Assembly (NCBI GenBank): GCA_041937175.2
Contig: CP166615.1
Span: 928,001-992,000 of the forward strand
Direction: 5' to 3'
DNA length: 64,000 bases
DNA from: Limnothrix sp. BL-A-16
GTDB taxonomy: Bacteria; Cyanobacteriota; Cyanobacteriia; CACIAM-69d
Shown here: one piece after another, positions 43,330 to 53,716 of the stretch
Numbering within the stretch: the stretch's first letter is position 1
Layout: every line of letters starts with the position of its first letter
Translations under genes and position numbers: made by a program
Notes under the pieces: generated by a model
What the model saw: the letters and a program-made list of their open reading frames with translations, nothing else
Told to the model about the DNA's origin: nothing
Databases searched by the model: none

Positions 43330-46300
43330 TTATTGCAACTGGGCCAGGCGATCGCGCAGTAGTTGAGCTTGGGTTTCCGCTTCGGCCAAGGCGGCGCGGG
43401 CGCTGGCCACCACGTCGGCCGGGGCCTTGTCCACAAAGCCCGGATTGCTGAGGCGACCCGACAGCCCTTTGATTTCCCCTTCGGCCTTGGTCAGGGCCTT
43501 GGTCAGCTTGGCCCGCAGGGCGGCCAAGTCCACCACGCCATCCACCAGGGGCAGCAACACTTGAGTCGTACCGACCACGCCGGCCATGGCCCGCTCGATC
43601 GGGATCGCTGCCGGTTCCGCCTGGCCCAGGTCGATCGGCAGCTTCACCTCGGGGGCTTGGGCGGCCGGCAACTGGCGGGGCTGCGGAGTGGCTGCGGCCG
43701 GAGCGTCCCCAGGATAGGCCCGCACCGCGAAGGGATTGCCCTCGCCGATGTAGGTCAGCTTGGTTTGACGAACGCCGTTAGCAAAGGCCGCTCGATCGCG
43801 TGCAAACAGCAGGGTCTTGGGCAGGTGGTAAACCGTCCAGAAGAAGCCAATCAACTGGAAGATCGAGGGCAGCAACGGAATCTCATCGATCGCATCCAGG
43901 GTGCTGTTGGCCAAATAGAGCGCAAAGACCGCCGTTCCGATCATCGCCAAGGTCAGCAGGGCCACCCGCCGTTTTTCGCTCTGCTCCCAAGCCAGTTGGT
44001 CGGGATCCAGAGCCATCCCGTCGGTGGCGATCGCCTGTAGCAGGGCCGCCGTGTCCGTATCCATCAGGGTCGGTTCCGGTGCTGCCGGTTCCGCCGTTGG
44101 GGTCACCGCAGTTGCACCGCTCTGGATCGTCAGGTCAGACACCTTGGCCAGGTTGCAAATGTAGGCGCGACCCACTTCAAAGGCCGTCCGTTCCCGATCG
44201 GTCTCCGGTTGCAGGACGATCGGCACTTTCTGGCTGGGTTTAATGTCCGCCTCGGCCCGCAGGTTCCGGATCGTGCGGATCGCGTTGATGATCGCCTCAA
44301 ATTGCGCTTCTAGCTCTAGGTCGATCGCCCGGGCGATCGCCACCGGGTAGGCTTGCAGGGCCAGGAATTCCGTCGCCGCCGCCCCCGTCAGAGCGTGCCA
44401 CACCTCTTCGGTAATGTGGGGCATGAAGGGATGCAACAGCTTCAGCGTCCCATCCAAAACCAGGGCCAATACCTGCTGCACCGTTCGCCGGGCCGCCGGA
44501 TCTTCGCCATTCAATCGGGGCTTCACCAGCTCGATATACCAATCGCAGAAGTCGCCCCAAATAAACTCATAGAGACCCTTGGCCGCCTCACCCAAACCGT
44601 AGTGATCAATGTCGTGGCGGGTTTGGCGCACCGTTTGGTTAAAGCGCGACAGAATCCAGCGATCGGCTAGCTCCAGGCGATCGGCCTCCGGCGCACCCAA
44701 ACTAGTCGGCGTTTCCCCGGCCAGATTCATCAACACAAACCGCGACGCATTCCAGAGCTTGTTGGCAAAGTTGCGCGAGGCTTCCACGGACACCGACTCA
44801 TCGGTTTTGCGGTTGTAGTCCAGGCGAATATCTTGACCTGCGCCGGCCACTTCCCGCACCAGGGTGTAGCGCACCGCATCCGTGCCGTATTTGTCGATCA
44901 ACAGCAAGGGATCAATGCCATTGCCCTTGGACTTCGACATTTTCTGGTTATTTTCGTCCCGCACCAGCCCATGGACATAGACCGTCTTGAAGGGCATTTG
45001 GCCGGTGAAATAACCTGCCATCATCGTCATCCGGGCTACCCAGAAAAAGATGATGTCAAAGCCCGTCACCAACATTGTGTTCGGGTAATAGGCTTGGAAA
45101 TCGGGGGCGGCTGCGTCGGGCCAACCCAGGGTCGAGAAGGGCCACAGACCGGACGAGAACCAGGTATCCAGCACGTCCTCATCCCGCTCCAGCACCGCCT
45201 CTTCGCCGTAGCGGGCTTGGGCTTGTTTGAGGGCATCGGCTTCCGTGCGGGCCACGATGAAGGGCGTATGCTCGGTGACTTGGCCGTTGGTTTCGCTGAT
45301 CACGTACCAGGCAGGAATTTGGTGACCCCACCAGAGTTGGCGGGAGATGCACCAATCGCGCAGGTTCAGCAGCCAATCGCGATAGACCTTGGTCCAGCGA
45401 TCAGGCACAAACAGCGGCTCCCGGTTGTTTTCCAAATCCGCCAGGGCTTTTTCGGCCAAGGGGCGAATTTTCAGGAACCATTGGGACGACAACAGCGGCT
45501 CTACGGGCACTTTGCCCCGCTCGCTGTAGGGCACCGAGTGGCGATAGGCTTCCACCTTTTCCAGGTAGCCCAGCTCCTCCATCTTGGCCACGAGGTTTTT
45601 GCGGGCCACGAACCGATCTTGGCCGCAGAACTCTCCGCCGTTTTCGTTCACCGTGCCGTCTTTGTTCAGGATTTCGATTTGGGGCAGGTTGTGGCGTTTG
45701 CCCATCTCGAAATCGTTGGGATCGTGGGCCGGCGTGACTTTCACGCAGCCCGTGCCAAAGGTCGGATCGACGAATTCATCGCCAATGATCGGGATTTCCC
45801 GGCCCACCAGCGGCAGGGTGACGGTTTGGCCAATCAGGACCTTGTAGCGATCGTCCTTGGGGTTCACGGCCACCGCCGTATCGCCCAGCATGGTTTCCGG
45901 GCGAGTCGTCGCGACGATCACTTCACCAGAGCCATCGGTCAGCGGGTAGCGGAAATGCCAGAGGCTGCCGTCCACCTCTTTGTTGTCCACTTCCAAATCG
46001 GACACGGCCGACTGGGAGGCGGGGCACCAGTTGACCATATATTTGCCGCGATAGATCAGCCCGTCTTCGTGGAGCCGCACAAAGGCTTCCAACACGGCGT
46101 TGGAGAGGCCTTCGTCCATGGTGAACCGCTCGCGATCCCAATCGACGGACAGGCCCAGGCGGCGCATTTGCCCGACGATCGTGCCGCCGGATTCTTCCTT
46201 CCAAGTCCAGGCGCGATCGAGAAAGGCCTCACGGCCCAGGGCAAAGCGATCCGTACCTGCATCCTTCAGTTGCTTGTCAAGGATGGCCTGTACCGCGATG

Positions 46301-46569
46301 CTGGCGTGGTCGGTGCCCGGCAGCCACAGGGTGTTGCGCCCGGTCATCCGGTGGTAGCGCACAAAGGCATCGATCAAGGAATGCTCAAAGGCATGGCCCA
46401 TGTGCAGACTGCCGGTGACGTTCGGCGGCGGAATCACCACACAAAACGGCTCGCCAGCGGCATTCACATCGGCCGCAAAGGCAGCGGAGTCCTCCCAGGT
46501 GGTCTGCCATTTGGCTTCGGCAGCTTTGGGATCGTATTGGGTGGGAAGCGCGTCTACCGAGGCAGTCAT
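43330..46569 (-). CDS. valS: Valine--tRNA ligase with inserted CAAD membrane domain
   Basis: [38 protein letters not shown]-terminal coiled coil. ~180-aa insert with two hydrophobic helices. Confidence 0.96.
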   Translation of the reverse strand: MTASVDALPTQYDPKAAEAKWQTTWEDSAAFAADVNAAGEPFCVVIPPPNVTGSLHMGHAFEHSLIDAFVRYHRMTGRNTLWLPGTDHASIAVQAILDKQLKDAGTDRFALGREAFLDRAWTWKEESGGTIVGQMRRLGLSVDWDRERFTMDEGLSNAVLEAFVRLHEDGLIYRGKYMVNWCPASQSAVSDLEVDNKEVDGSLWHFRYPLTDGSGEVIVATTRPETMLGDTAVAVNPKDDRYKVLIGQTVTLPLVGREIPIIGDEFVDPTFGTGCVKVTPAHDPNDFEMGKRHNLPQIEILNKDGTVNENGGEFCGQDRFVARKNLVAKMEELGYLEKVEAYRHSVPYSERGKVPVEPLLSSQWFLKIRPLAEKALADLENNREPLFVPDRWTKVYRDWLLNLRDWCISRQLWWGHQIPAWYVISETNGQVTEHTPFIVARTEADALKQAQARYGEEAVLERDEDVLDTWFSSGLWPFSTLGWPDAAAPDFQAYYPNTMLVTGFDIIFFWVARMTMMAGYFTGQMPFKTVYVHGLVRDENNQKMSKSKGNGIDPLLLIDKYGTDAVRYTLVREVAGAGQDIRLDYNRKTDESVSVEASRNFANKLWNASRFVLMNLAGETPTSLGAPEADRLELADRWILSRFNQTVRQTRHDIDHYGLGEAAKGLYEFIWGDFCDWYIELVKPRLNGEDPAARRTVQQVLALVLDGTLKLLHPFMPHITEEVWHALTGAAATEFLALQAYPVAIARAIDLELEAQFEAIINAIRTIRNLRAEADIKPSQKVPIVLQPETDRERTAFEVGRAYICNLAKVSDLTIQSGATAVTPTAEPAAPEPTLMDTDTAALLQAIATDGMALDPDQLAWEQSEKRRVALLTLAMIGTAVFALYLANSTLDAIDEIPLLPSIFQLIGFFWTVYHLPKTLLFARDRAAFANGVRQTKLTYIGEGNPFAVRAYPGDAPAAATPQPRQLPAAQAPEVKLPIDLGQAEPAAIPIERAMAGVVGTTQVLLPLVDGVVDLAALRAKLTKALTKAEGEIKGLSGRLSNPGFVDKAPADVVASARAALAEAETQAQLLRDRLAQLQ

Positions 46570-46772
46570 GGCGACGAGGGCTGAAACGGTGAATGGGATA
46601 ACGGGCGATCGGGGCCTTGAAGGGGCTACCCATCTTACAGGCTGCTATCTTACCCGGTTGCGCACCCTGTTCGCGCTGGGCAACAGAACCGGTTCACCGG
46701 GCGCGATCGGCGCGATCGAGAGATTGTTGGGGATCCCGTGCGATCCTCAGATCCCGAAGCCAGACTCCTGGG

Positions 46773-49700
46773 TCAAGAAATGGCCGCGAGGAATTCTTGA
46801 ATCATGGCTGCCAACTGCTTGAGTCGCACCGGCTTGCTGAGATAATCACTGGCCCCCGCCGCCAAACATCGTTCCCGATCGCCCGCCATCGCCAAAGCCG
46901 TCAGGGCAATGATCGGCACATTGGCCAGGGTCGGATCTTGGCGAATTTGGCGAGTGGCTTCCAAACCATCCATCACCGGCATCTGAATATCCATCAGGAT
47001 CAGATCCGGTGGTGCGGCCTTGGCGAAAGCAACGGCCTCCTCGCCGTTTTTGGCCAGGGTCAGGCGATAGCCCTTCGCTTGCAGATACGCCACGATCGTG
47101 CTGACATTGGCTTCGTTATCCTCCGCCAACAGAATCAACGGCGACTCCAAAGGCACTGCCGGACTGGGTTCCGTCGCCTCGATCGCCCCCGTTGCCGGTT
47201 GATCTGGCCCAGACAGCGTATTTGCACAGGGCAAATCGACTGTAAATCGACTGCCAACACCTAATTCACTCACGAGGGATACTTCTCCACCATGCAATTC
47301 AACAATTCGCTTCACCAGTGCTAACCCCAACCCTGTGCCGGTATACTGCCGATTCAAAGCACTGTCCACCTGCATAAAGGGCTGAAAGAGTTTGCGGACA
47401 TCTTCTGGTGCAATCCCAATTCCGGTATCCACAACCGAAATTTCCAAAAACTGGTGAACTTCTGTTTCCCCCAAACTACTGTTTAGTTTAGGGACTCGCC
47501 GTGACGTTCCCAAACAAACTTCCAAAGCAACAGATCCGTGGTCGGGGGTAAATTTAACCGCATTGTTTAACAGATTAATCAGTACCTGACGCACCCGACG
47601 TTCATCCACCAACAGGTCCGGCAACTTGGGGGAGAGCTGAATCGCCAGTTGAATTCCTTTTTTGAAAGCCTGTTGCTTAACAAACGCCAAGCTTGATTGA
47701 CATAGGGGCGCAACAGGAACCGCTGCAATGTCTAACTCTAGCTGTCCGGCTTCAATTTTGGCCACATCGAGGATGTCATTAATCAATGATAAAAGATGGG
47801 AGCCACTGCGTTCAATGGTTTGAAGCACTCGCTCCTGTTGCTCAGTGATGGGACCAAAAATCGACTCCTGAAGCCCTTCAGTAATTCCCAAAATGGCATT
47901 CAACGGCGTTCGTAACTCATGACTCATGTTCGCTAAGAATTCATCTTTTAACCGAGTGGCTCGTGCCAACTCTTGATTGGAAACGGCCAATTCTTGGTTG
48001 CGATCGGTCAATTGCTGTTGAGCCTGCTGGCGCTCTTGAAGTTCCCGTTGCAATTGTTCAAATAAATTAGCCTGTTGAATTGCCGTGGCCAACTGGTTCG
48101 CAATTTGTTGCAAAAGCTTGGCCTCGGCCCCCTGCCACACCCGCTGTTCCTGGCAAGCATGGATTACTAACACTCCCCACAGGCGGTTATTGTGCCCCAC
48201 GGAAACCCAGCGATCTTCGCTGTGAATATGCACCTCCTGCAAAATAGGAGCCACCACTTTGGACTGAATTTGTCCTGCTTGGGAATATTCCCGCAGGCAA
48301 TCTGTCCACCGATCGTTCATCACATCCGGCACAATTCGCGGCTTTCCCTGCCAATAATGCTCCAAAATTTCTATGGACCAATGCTCATCATCCCACTGGC
48401 GGTTTTTGAGAACCGGAAAACCTGGCGCAACAGATTCTTCAAAAATTTGGCTGTGGCCATTTGGGAACACCTGGAGTATGATTGCACGATCGCACTGAAA
48501 GACCTGCCGCACCTGATCAGTGACCACTTGCAAAATTTCGGCCACATCCAACGATTCTCGAATTCGTTGAGAAATAATGCCTAATAATTCCTGTTGATGG
48601 AGTTGAAGGGCGATTCGCTTTTCCGCTCGCTTGCGAACTAATAACTCGGCCTGCATTCGGTCATACAGGCTGGCTTGTTGGATTGCAATTTCTAATTGAT
48701 TGGCGATTTGCTTAATTAATTCAATTTCTGAAAGCTCCCAATGTCGAATTTTCATGCATTGATGCACACAAAGCAGGCCCCACAAGGCTCCATTACAAAG
48801 CAAAGGCATCACCAAATTAGCCCGCACCGCAAACCGCTTCAAAACATCCGTGTGGCAGGCGTTCAGGCTGCCATCATAGATATCGTCGGTTGCACAATAT
48901 TGTCCTTGGGCATAGCGTTGGAAATAGCTTTCGCCAAAACAGCGATCATCCATCGAAACGGCAATTACCGATGGATATTTGTCATCAACGGATTCCGCAA
49001 CAAACTTGCCATCTTGACATTGAGAATCAGGATTAAATTGAAAGATGCCAACGCGATCGGACTCCATGAGTTTCCGAATTTCCTGACAAGCTGTTTCAAA
49101 CACGATCGAGAGATCCAAAGACTGACGAATTCGTTGAGTAATTTCTAACAGCAGGGTCTCGCGCTTGGCCTGCTGAACCACGATCGCTTCCGTTTGCTTG
49201 AGATCGCTGATGTCCGCAAAATAGCCCACAATTTCTAGGGGCTGATTATACTCATCGCGCACCAAGTAAATTTCATCCCGCACCCACAAGTAGTAGCCAT
49301 CCGCATGAAGTAATCGGTACTCATACTTGTAGCGATCCTCTTCAAATGAACCACTTAGATCATTGAGCACCCTGTCCACATCTTGGGGATGAATTCGGCT
49401 AATCCAGAAGTTTGCATCCTGAATAAACTCCTGGGGCGTGTAACCGAGGATGGATTCTACATTGGGGCTAACAAAGGTTGTGGTGTAGCGTCGATCGAGC
49501 TTGCGACTGTAAATAACAGCGGGGCTGGAAGCCAACAGAAACTCCAACCGTTCCTTGAGCAGTCGATTTTCCTGCTCTGTGCGCTTGCGATCGGTAATGT
49601 CTTGGACAATGCCCAAAAATCCAATGATTTGATCATTGCGATCCTTCAGACAGCTACGAGACAGGACAGCGGGAAACCGAGAACCATCCTTGCGAACGTG

Positions 49701-52700
49701 AATCCACTCATCTTCGTCCACAACACCCTGGCGGGCCCGGGCCACGAGCACTTCAAACCCTTGGTCGATCGGTTCGCCCAACTCTGCCGATCGCTGGGCG
49801 GCCCGGGTGGCCACCTCCTGGAGGTCGTGGAAAATTTCCGGCGTAAGCTGGCGGATCACTTCGGCAGCCCGATATCCCAACATGCGCTCGGCGGCCGGGT
49901 TGAAGGTGGTAATTAGCCCCTGGATGTCGGTGGCGATCACCGCATAGGGGGCACAGTTCAGAATGGCCTTATGCAGATTGTGAACGCGCCAAAGCTCTTG
50001 GGTTCGCCGTTGAATCGTAATTTCTAGATCCTGGTTGAGCTGCTCAAGGGCGTTGGTGGCTTGCTGGCGTTCGAGTTCGGCTCCAGCCCGAGCCGCAAAG
50101 ATGCGCAAGACGGTTTCGGCCCGGCGGGGCGCTTGAATGGGCCCTTGGTTCAAGATGCAGAGGTGACCAATTTCCAGACCGTGGGAATCCTGGAGGGGAA
50201 CGCTCAGATAGTTGTTGTCGGTGATTTGTGTCAGGCCAGGCACTTGGGGAAACAGGGACTGAAGCAACTGCGGGTGGCAGTCCCCGTGCCAGGGGTAAGG
50301 TAGTTCCCGATCGAAGTGGTTGAGGGCACAGGTGGCGATCGTTTCTACGGTGCCCGCATTCCAAAAGGCCAACACTTGGATTCGATTGCCCATGCGCTCA
50401 GCCACAAAGGCGTGGGAAACATTGAGGGCGGTGGCCAGGTGTTTGACCAGGGCAGGGAAGAAATCGAGGCCGGTGGCGGCGGTTCCTTCGATCAGGTTTT
50501 GGAGGGCAAAGTCAGCCTGTTTGCGATCGGTGATGTTGGTGATGGCTCCCACATGGCCCAGGATATCGCCGTTGAAATTGCGCTCCACCACCGACTGGCC
50601 ATAGACCCACAGCACTTCCCCATCGGGACGTGCCAGGCGATATTCGGCCTTCCAGGGGCGATTGATCTGGATGGCTTGCATCCAGCCGTTGATGACTAAG
50701 GCGCGATCGTCCGGGTGCAGGGTGAGCTGCCAACCATGGCCCAGGGCGGCCCGATGGTCGAGGCCGGTCATTTCACACCAATGATCGTTGACGTATAGGC
50801 AATGGCCGGCAGTATCGGTGCGAAAAATCCCGACGGGGGCCACGGCCAACAGGCTGGCGTATCGCTGGCGACTTTCGCGGAGTTCGAGGGCCGATCGCTT
50901 CCGATCGCTGATGTCCGTGAGGGTTCCCACATAGCCGATCGGTTGCCCCGTGGCATCCCGCTCCACCACCACCCGCATATCCACCCAAGTGACAGCCCGA
51001 TCGGGGTCGGGGCCGTGGCGATGATCGCGAGATTGGAACCGGCATTCTAACTGACAGGAGGACTGTTCCCGCAGATTTTGCTCCCGCAGGGCCAACACCC
51101 AATCCCGATCGTCCGGGTGCAGGGTTTGTTCCCAATCCCAATCAAGGCCCTCTTCAACGGAGCAGCCCAAAATTTGGCAGTAGCGTTCGTTGACGTAGGT
51201 GGGCCGTCCCTGCAAATCCATGCGAAAGATGCCCACGGGCACAACGGCCGCGAGATTGGCATAGCGCTGCTCGCTTTCACGCAGGAAGGCTTCCGCTTGC
51301 GTGCGGGTTTCCAATTCCTGTTGCAATTGCTGGTGAGTGATGGCCTGCTTGAGGGCCACTTCCAATTGCACCGACAGGCCCTTGAGCAATTTCACCTCGT
51401 CGGGTAACCAGTTTCGGGTGGTTTTGCTTTCGGAAGCGCTCAACAATCCCCACAGTTCCTCTTGATAAAGCAAGGGAACCAGGATTTTGGCGCGGGGCCG
51501 CAGCTCGATCGGTAACTTGAGGTGACACCCACCCATGTCACTGGCGGCCACGTCGGGTTCAACCCGGATGTAGCCCTGCCGATAGACCGGTTCTTGGTCA
51601 TGCTGAAACCAGGTACCCTCCAGTTCCGTGCCGATCATGGAAATGGGCAAGTCCGTTGATTCCGCCACCACCCTGGCCCTGGCCTTGTCGGCGGTTTGAA
51701 ATTGCCAAATATTCACCCGATCGCACTGCAAGACCCGTCGCACCTCCTGCACCGTGGTATCCAAAATGCTCTGTAAGCTCAGGGACGATCGAATCTGAGT
51801 GGCCAACGCCACTAACAGCAGTTCCCGTTCTGCCTTGGCCCGCAGGGCCGCCGTGCGGGTTTCCACCTGCTGCTCCAGTTCCTGGTGATGCAGCGTTTTC
51901 AGGGCCTGTTTCTCCGCTTCGAGCTGGTTCACCTTGTGCTCTAGCAGTTCCGCCAGTTTGTATAGCTCCAAGGGGTTCAGAACCCGCAGCAAACTGGTTT
52001 GGGTGACAATGCCCACCAACTCGCCCCGATCGCCCATGACCAAAACGCGCTGGATGTTGCGCTTGGCCATCAACTCATGAACCAACCACAGGGAACTATC
52101 GGCGGCCACGGTGAAGACTGGTGTGCTCATCACCTCTCGTACCGTGAACTGCTGAAAGTCCAAACCTAGGGATTGAAACTGCACCAAGTCCCGTTCCGTC
52201 ACAATTCCCACGGGCTGCTGTTCCGAATCTGTTGCACCCGACTCCACAATCACCACGGATCCCACCTGGCGCTCAGCCATCAGCCGAGCCACATCGAGCA
52301 TGGAACTGGTGACCGCGATCGCCACCACATGGTGGGTCATCACCTCCGAGGCCAACCGCATCCGCAACAGATCGATCGGGCGGGTGGTTTGGCAGAGGCT
52401 TTCGTGGGTCATCAAGCCCACCAAACGGCGATCCGCATCCAGCACGGGCAAATGGCGAATGCCGTGTTTGTGCAACAGCGTGATGGCCGCCATCACGTCC
52501 AGGTCTTCGCAAGTTTTGGTCTGCAAGGTCACCAGGGGCTGGATCATGATCTGGGAGACCGTGAGTTGATCCAAGCAGGTTTGTTGGGCCAACAGTCGCA
52601 CCACATCTCGCTCGGTCACAATCCCGATCGGGCGGTCTTGATCCACCACCAGCACACAGCTCCCCCGAGCCTCTCGCAGCGCCTGCTGGTTGTTGTTTTC

Positions 52701-52862
52701 AGGATCGGTGGATTCCGCAATTCCACAGCTCGATCGCACCTGACTCATCCGATGGAGCGCCGCTACCACGGGTGTGTCTGGTGAAACAATCAGCGGGTTC
52801 TGAATCAAGGCAGCCTGCGGATCCAAAGGAGTCAGGGTGACAGACAAGGCAGCCATAAGCAT
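46773..52862 (-). CDS. Hybrid sensor histidine kinase: 4xCBS-GAF-PAS-PAS-GAF-PAS-PAS-GAF(DXCF CBCR)-GAF(far-red-type CBCR)-HisKA-HATPase-REC
   Basis: CBS (GIVTERD), PAS (HPDD), GAF (LWGLL), FLANMSHELRTPLN, NLLNNAVKFT, DTGIGI, GTGLGL, REC (MDIQMP). Confidence 0.93.
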   Translation of the reverse strand: MLMAALSVTLTPLDPQAALIQNPLIVSPDTPVVAALHRMSQVRSSCGIAESTDPENNNQQALREARGSCVLVVDQDRPIGIVTERDVVRLLAQQTCLDQLTVSQIMIQPLVTLQTKTCEDLDVMAAITLLHKHGIRHLPVLDADRRLVGLMTHESLCQTTRPIDLLRMRLASEVMTHHVVAIAVTSSMLDVARLMAERQVGSVVIVESGATDSEQQPVGIVTERDLVQFQSLGLDFQQFTVREVMSTPVFTVAADSSLWLVHELMAKRNIQRVLVMGDRGELVGIVTQTSLLRVLNPLELYKLAELLEHKVNQLEAEKQALKTLHHQELEQQVETRTAALRAKAERELLLVALATQIRSSLSLQSILDTTVQEVRRVLQCDRVNIWQFQTADKARARVVAESTDLPISMIGTELEGTWFQHDQEPVYRQGYIRVEPDVAASDMGGCHLKLPIELRPRAKILVPLLYQEELWGLLSASESKTTRNWLPDEVKLLKGLSVQLEVALKQAITHQQLQQELETRTQAEAFLRESEQRYANLAAVVPVGIFRMDLQGRPTYVNERYCQILGCSVEEGLDWDWEQTLHPDDRDWVLALREQNLREQSSCQLECRFQSRDHRHGPDPDRAVTWVDMRVVVERDATGQPIGYVGTLTDISDRKRSALELRESRQRYASLLAVAPVGIFRTDTAGHCLYVNDHWCEMTGLDHRAALGHGWQLTLHPDDRALVINGWMQAIQINRPWKAEYRLARPDGEVLWVYGQSVVERNFNGDILGHVGAITNITDRKQADFALQNLIEGTAATGLDFFPALVKHLATALNVSHAFVAERMGNRIQVLAFWNAGTVETIATCALNHFDRELPYPWHGDCHPQLLQSLFPQVPGLTQITDNNYLSVPLQDSHGLEIGHLCILNQGPIQAPRRAETVLRIFAARAGAELERQQATNALEQLNQDLEITIQRRTQELWRVHNLHKAILNCAPYAVIATDIQGLITTFNPAAERMLGYRAAEVIRQLTPEIFHDLQEVATRAAQRSAELGEPIDQGFEVLVARARQGVVDEDEWIHVRKDGSRFPAVLSRSCLKDRNDQIIGFLGIVQDITDRKRTEQENRLLKERLEFLLASSPAVIYSRKLDRRYTTTFVSPNVESILGYTPQEFIQDANFWISRIHPQDVDRVLNDLSGSFEEDRYKYEYRLLHADGYYLWVRDEIYLVRDEYNQPLEIVGYFADISDLKQTEAIVVQQAKRETLLLEITQRIRQSLDLSIVFETACQEIRKLMESDRVGIFQFNPDSQCQDGKFVAESVDDKYPSVIAVSMDDRCFGESYFQRYAQGQYCATDDIYDGSLNACHTDVLKRFAVRANLVMPLLCNGALWGLLCVHQCMKIRHWELSEIELIKQIANQLEIAIQQASLYDRMQAELLVRKRAEKRIALQLHQQELLGIISQRIRESLDVAEILQVVTDQVRQVFQCDRAIILQVFPNGHSQIFEESVAPGFPVLKNRQWDDEHWSIEILEHYWQGKPRIVPDVMNDRWTDCLREYSQAGQIQSKVVAPILQEVHIHSEDRWVSVGHNNRLWGVLVIHACQEQRVWQGAEAKLLQQIANQLATAIQQANLFEQLQRELQERQQAQQQLTDRNQELAVSNQELARATRLKDEFLANMSHELRTPLNAILGITEGLQESIFGPITEQQERVLQTIERSGSHLLSLINDILDVAKIEAGQLELDIAAVPVAPLCQSSLAFVKQQAFKKGIQLAIQLSPKLPDLLVDERRVRQVLINLLNNAVKFTPDHGSVALEVCLGTSRRVPKLNSSLGETEVHQFLEISVVDTGIGIAPEDVRKLFQPFMQVDSALNRQYTGTGLGLALVKRIVELHGGEVSLVSELGVGSRFTVDLPCANTLSGPDQPATGAIEATEPSPAVPLESPLILLAEDNEANVSTIVAYLQAKGYRLTLAKNGEEAVAFAKAAPPDLILMDIQMPVMDGLEATRQIRQDPTLANVPIIALTALAMAGDRERCLAAGASDYLSKPVRLKQLAAMIQEFLAAIS

Positions 52863-53070
52863 TGCAGAAGGGAAGTTCTTCTATTATTTACTACCCAAGG
52901 GAAAAGCGCTGGATTACTCATTTCATCCATTGATTTTCTCAAGACCATCCAATCATTTCGCCAGTTGTCAGCCAAGAGCGTTGTAAACGGATATGAATTA
53001 ACGAAAGGACTATTGAAAAAAAAGACAATCACAGGATATGTATCAAATCAAACTAAGTAATCAAGATCGG

Positions 53071-53089
53071 AATAATGATTATCAATAAT
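53071..53089. promoter_or_regulatory. Possible Fur-family box upstream of the kinase
   Basis: AATAATGATTATCAATAAT matches 14/19 of GATAATGATAATCATTATC; AT-rich context weakens significance. Confidence 0.35.
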
Positions 53090-53294
53090 ATCTTTTGCAT
53101 GTTTTTTGATCTTTTTCAAGAATTAATTCTATTGAGTTCCTTTTAAAGTTCATTGCATTTTCAGGAAAGCTTGGTGGTTCAATTTATTTGTACTGATTAA
53201 TTTGCATCAATCGGGAAACGAACCCGTTGTCACAGGTCACAGGTCTGAGTGATTTCAAACGCAACCCATCTTCAAAAACACTTCACAAAGACAG

Positions 53295-53326
53295 AGGGCT
53301 GTCACCCAGTTACTGATGACAGCCCT
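53295..53326. other. Inverted repeat / hairpin
   Basis: AGGGCTGTCA-N12-TGACAGCCCT, perfect 10-bp arms. Confidence 0.6.
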
Positions 53327-53428
53327 TGAAATTGAAGCGACGAAATTTCGAGAGTCTTGGAGAGGATGCCTGGATTGTTAAAACTGCTACCTAGTGGGTC
53401 TCATCGATCGACAAGAGCAGGGGGCTGA

Positions 53429-53559
53429 GAGGATGTTTGAAAAGTATCTTTTGGCCTTTGCCAAACACCAATAGTTGTGGGGGCAAGATGCTCAAGCCCC
53501 TTGTCTACGTCGATCACTGGAGTGGACAGAGTAGCAATTTTGGCTTTTCAGACATCCTC
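53429..53559. mobile_element. 131-bp MITE-like element with 16-bp terminal inverted repeats and a TGA target duplication
   Basis: Left end GAGGATGTTTGAAAAG; right end CTTTTCAGACATCCTC (reverse complement GAGGATGTCTGAAAAG, 15/16). TGA flanks both sides (53426-53428, 53560-53562). Confidence 0.72.
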
Positions 53560-53624
53560 TGAGGGGCGATCTCCATTTCCTGGGTACAGAAACTGGAACG
53601 GTCGATGTTCCAAGCCCTAATCGT

Positions 53625-53654
53625 TGTAACCGGGAGCTTCAGCCCCTGGTTACA
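53625..53654. repeat. REP-like hairpin downstream of aspS
   Basis: TGTAACCGGGAGCT-TC-AGCCCCTGGTTACA; shares the GGGGCTTnAGCCCC-type core with the 16306/55605 palindromes. Confidence 0.55.
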
Positions 53655-53716
53655 GCAATCGGTCTCGTCACAATGGAATCAGGGGATGAAAAGAGCTAAC
53701 AGCCTGGCAATGTCCC

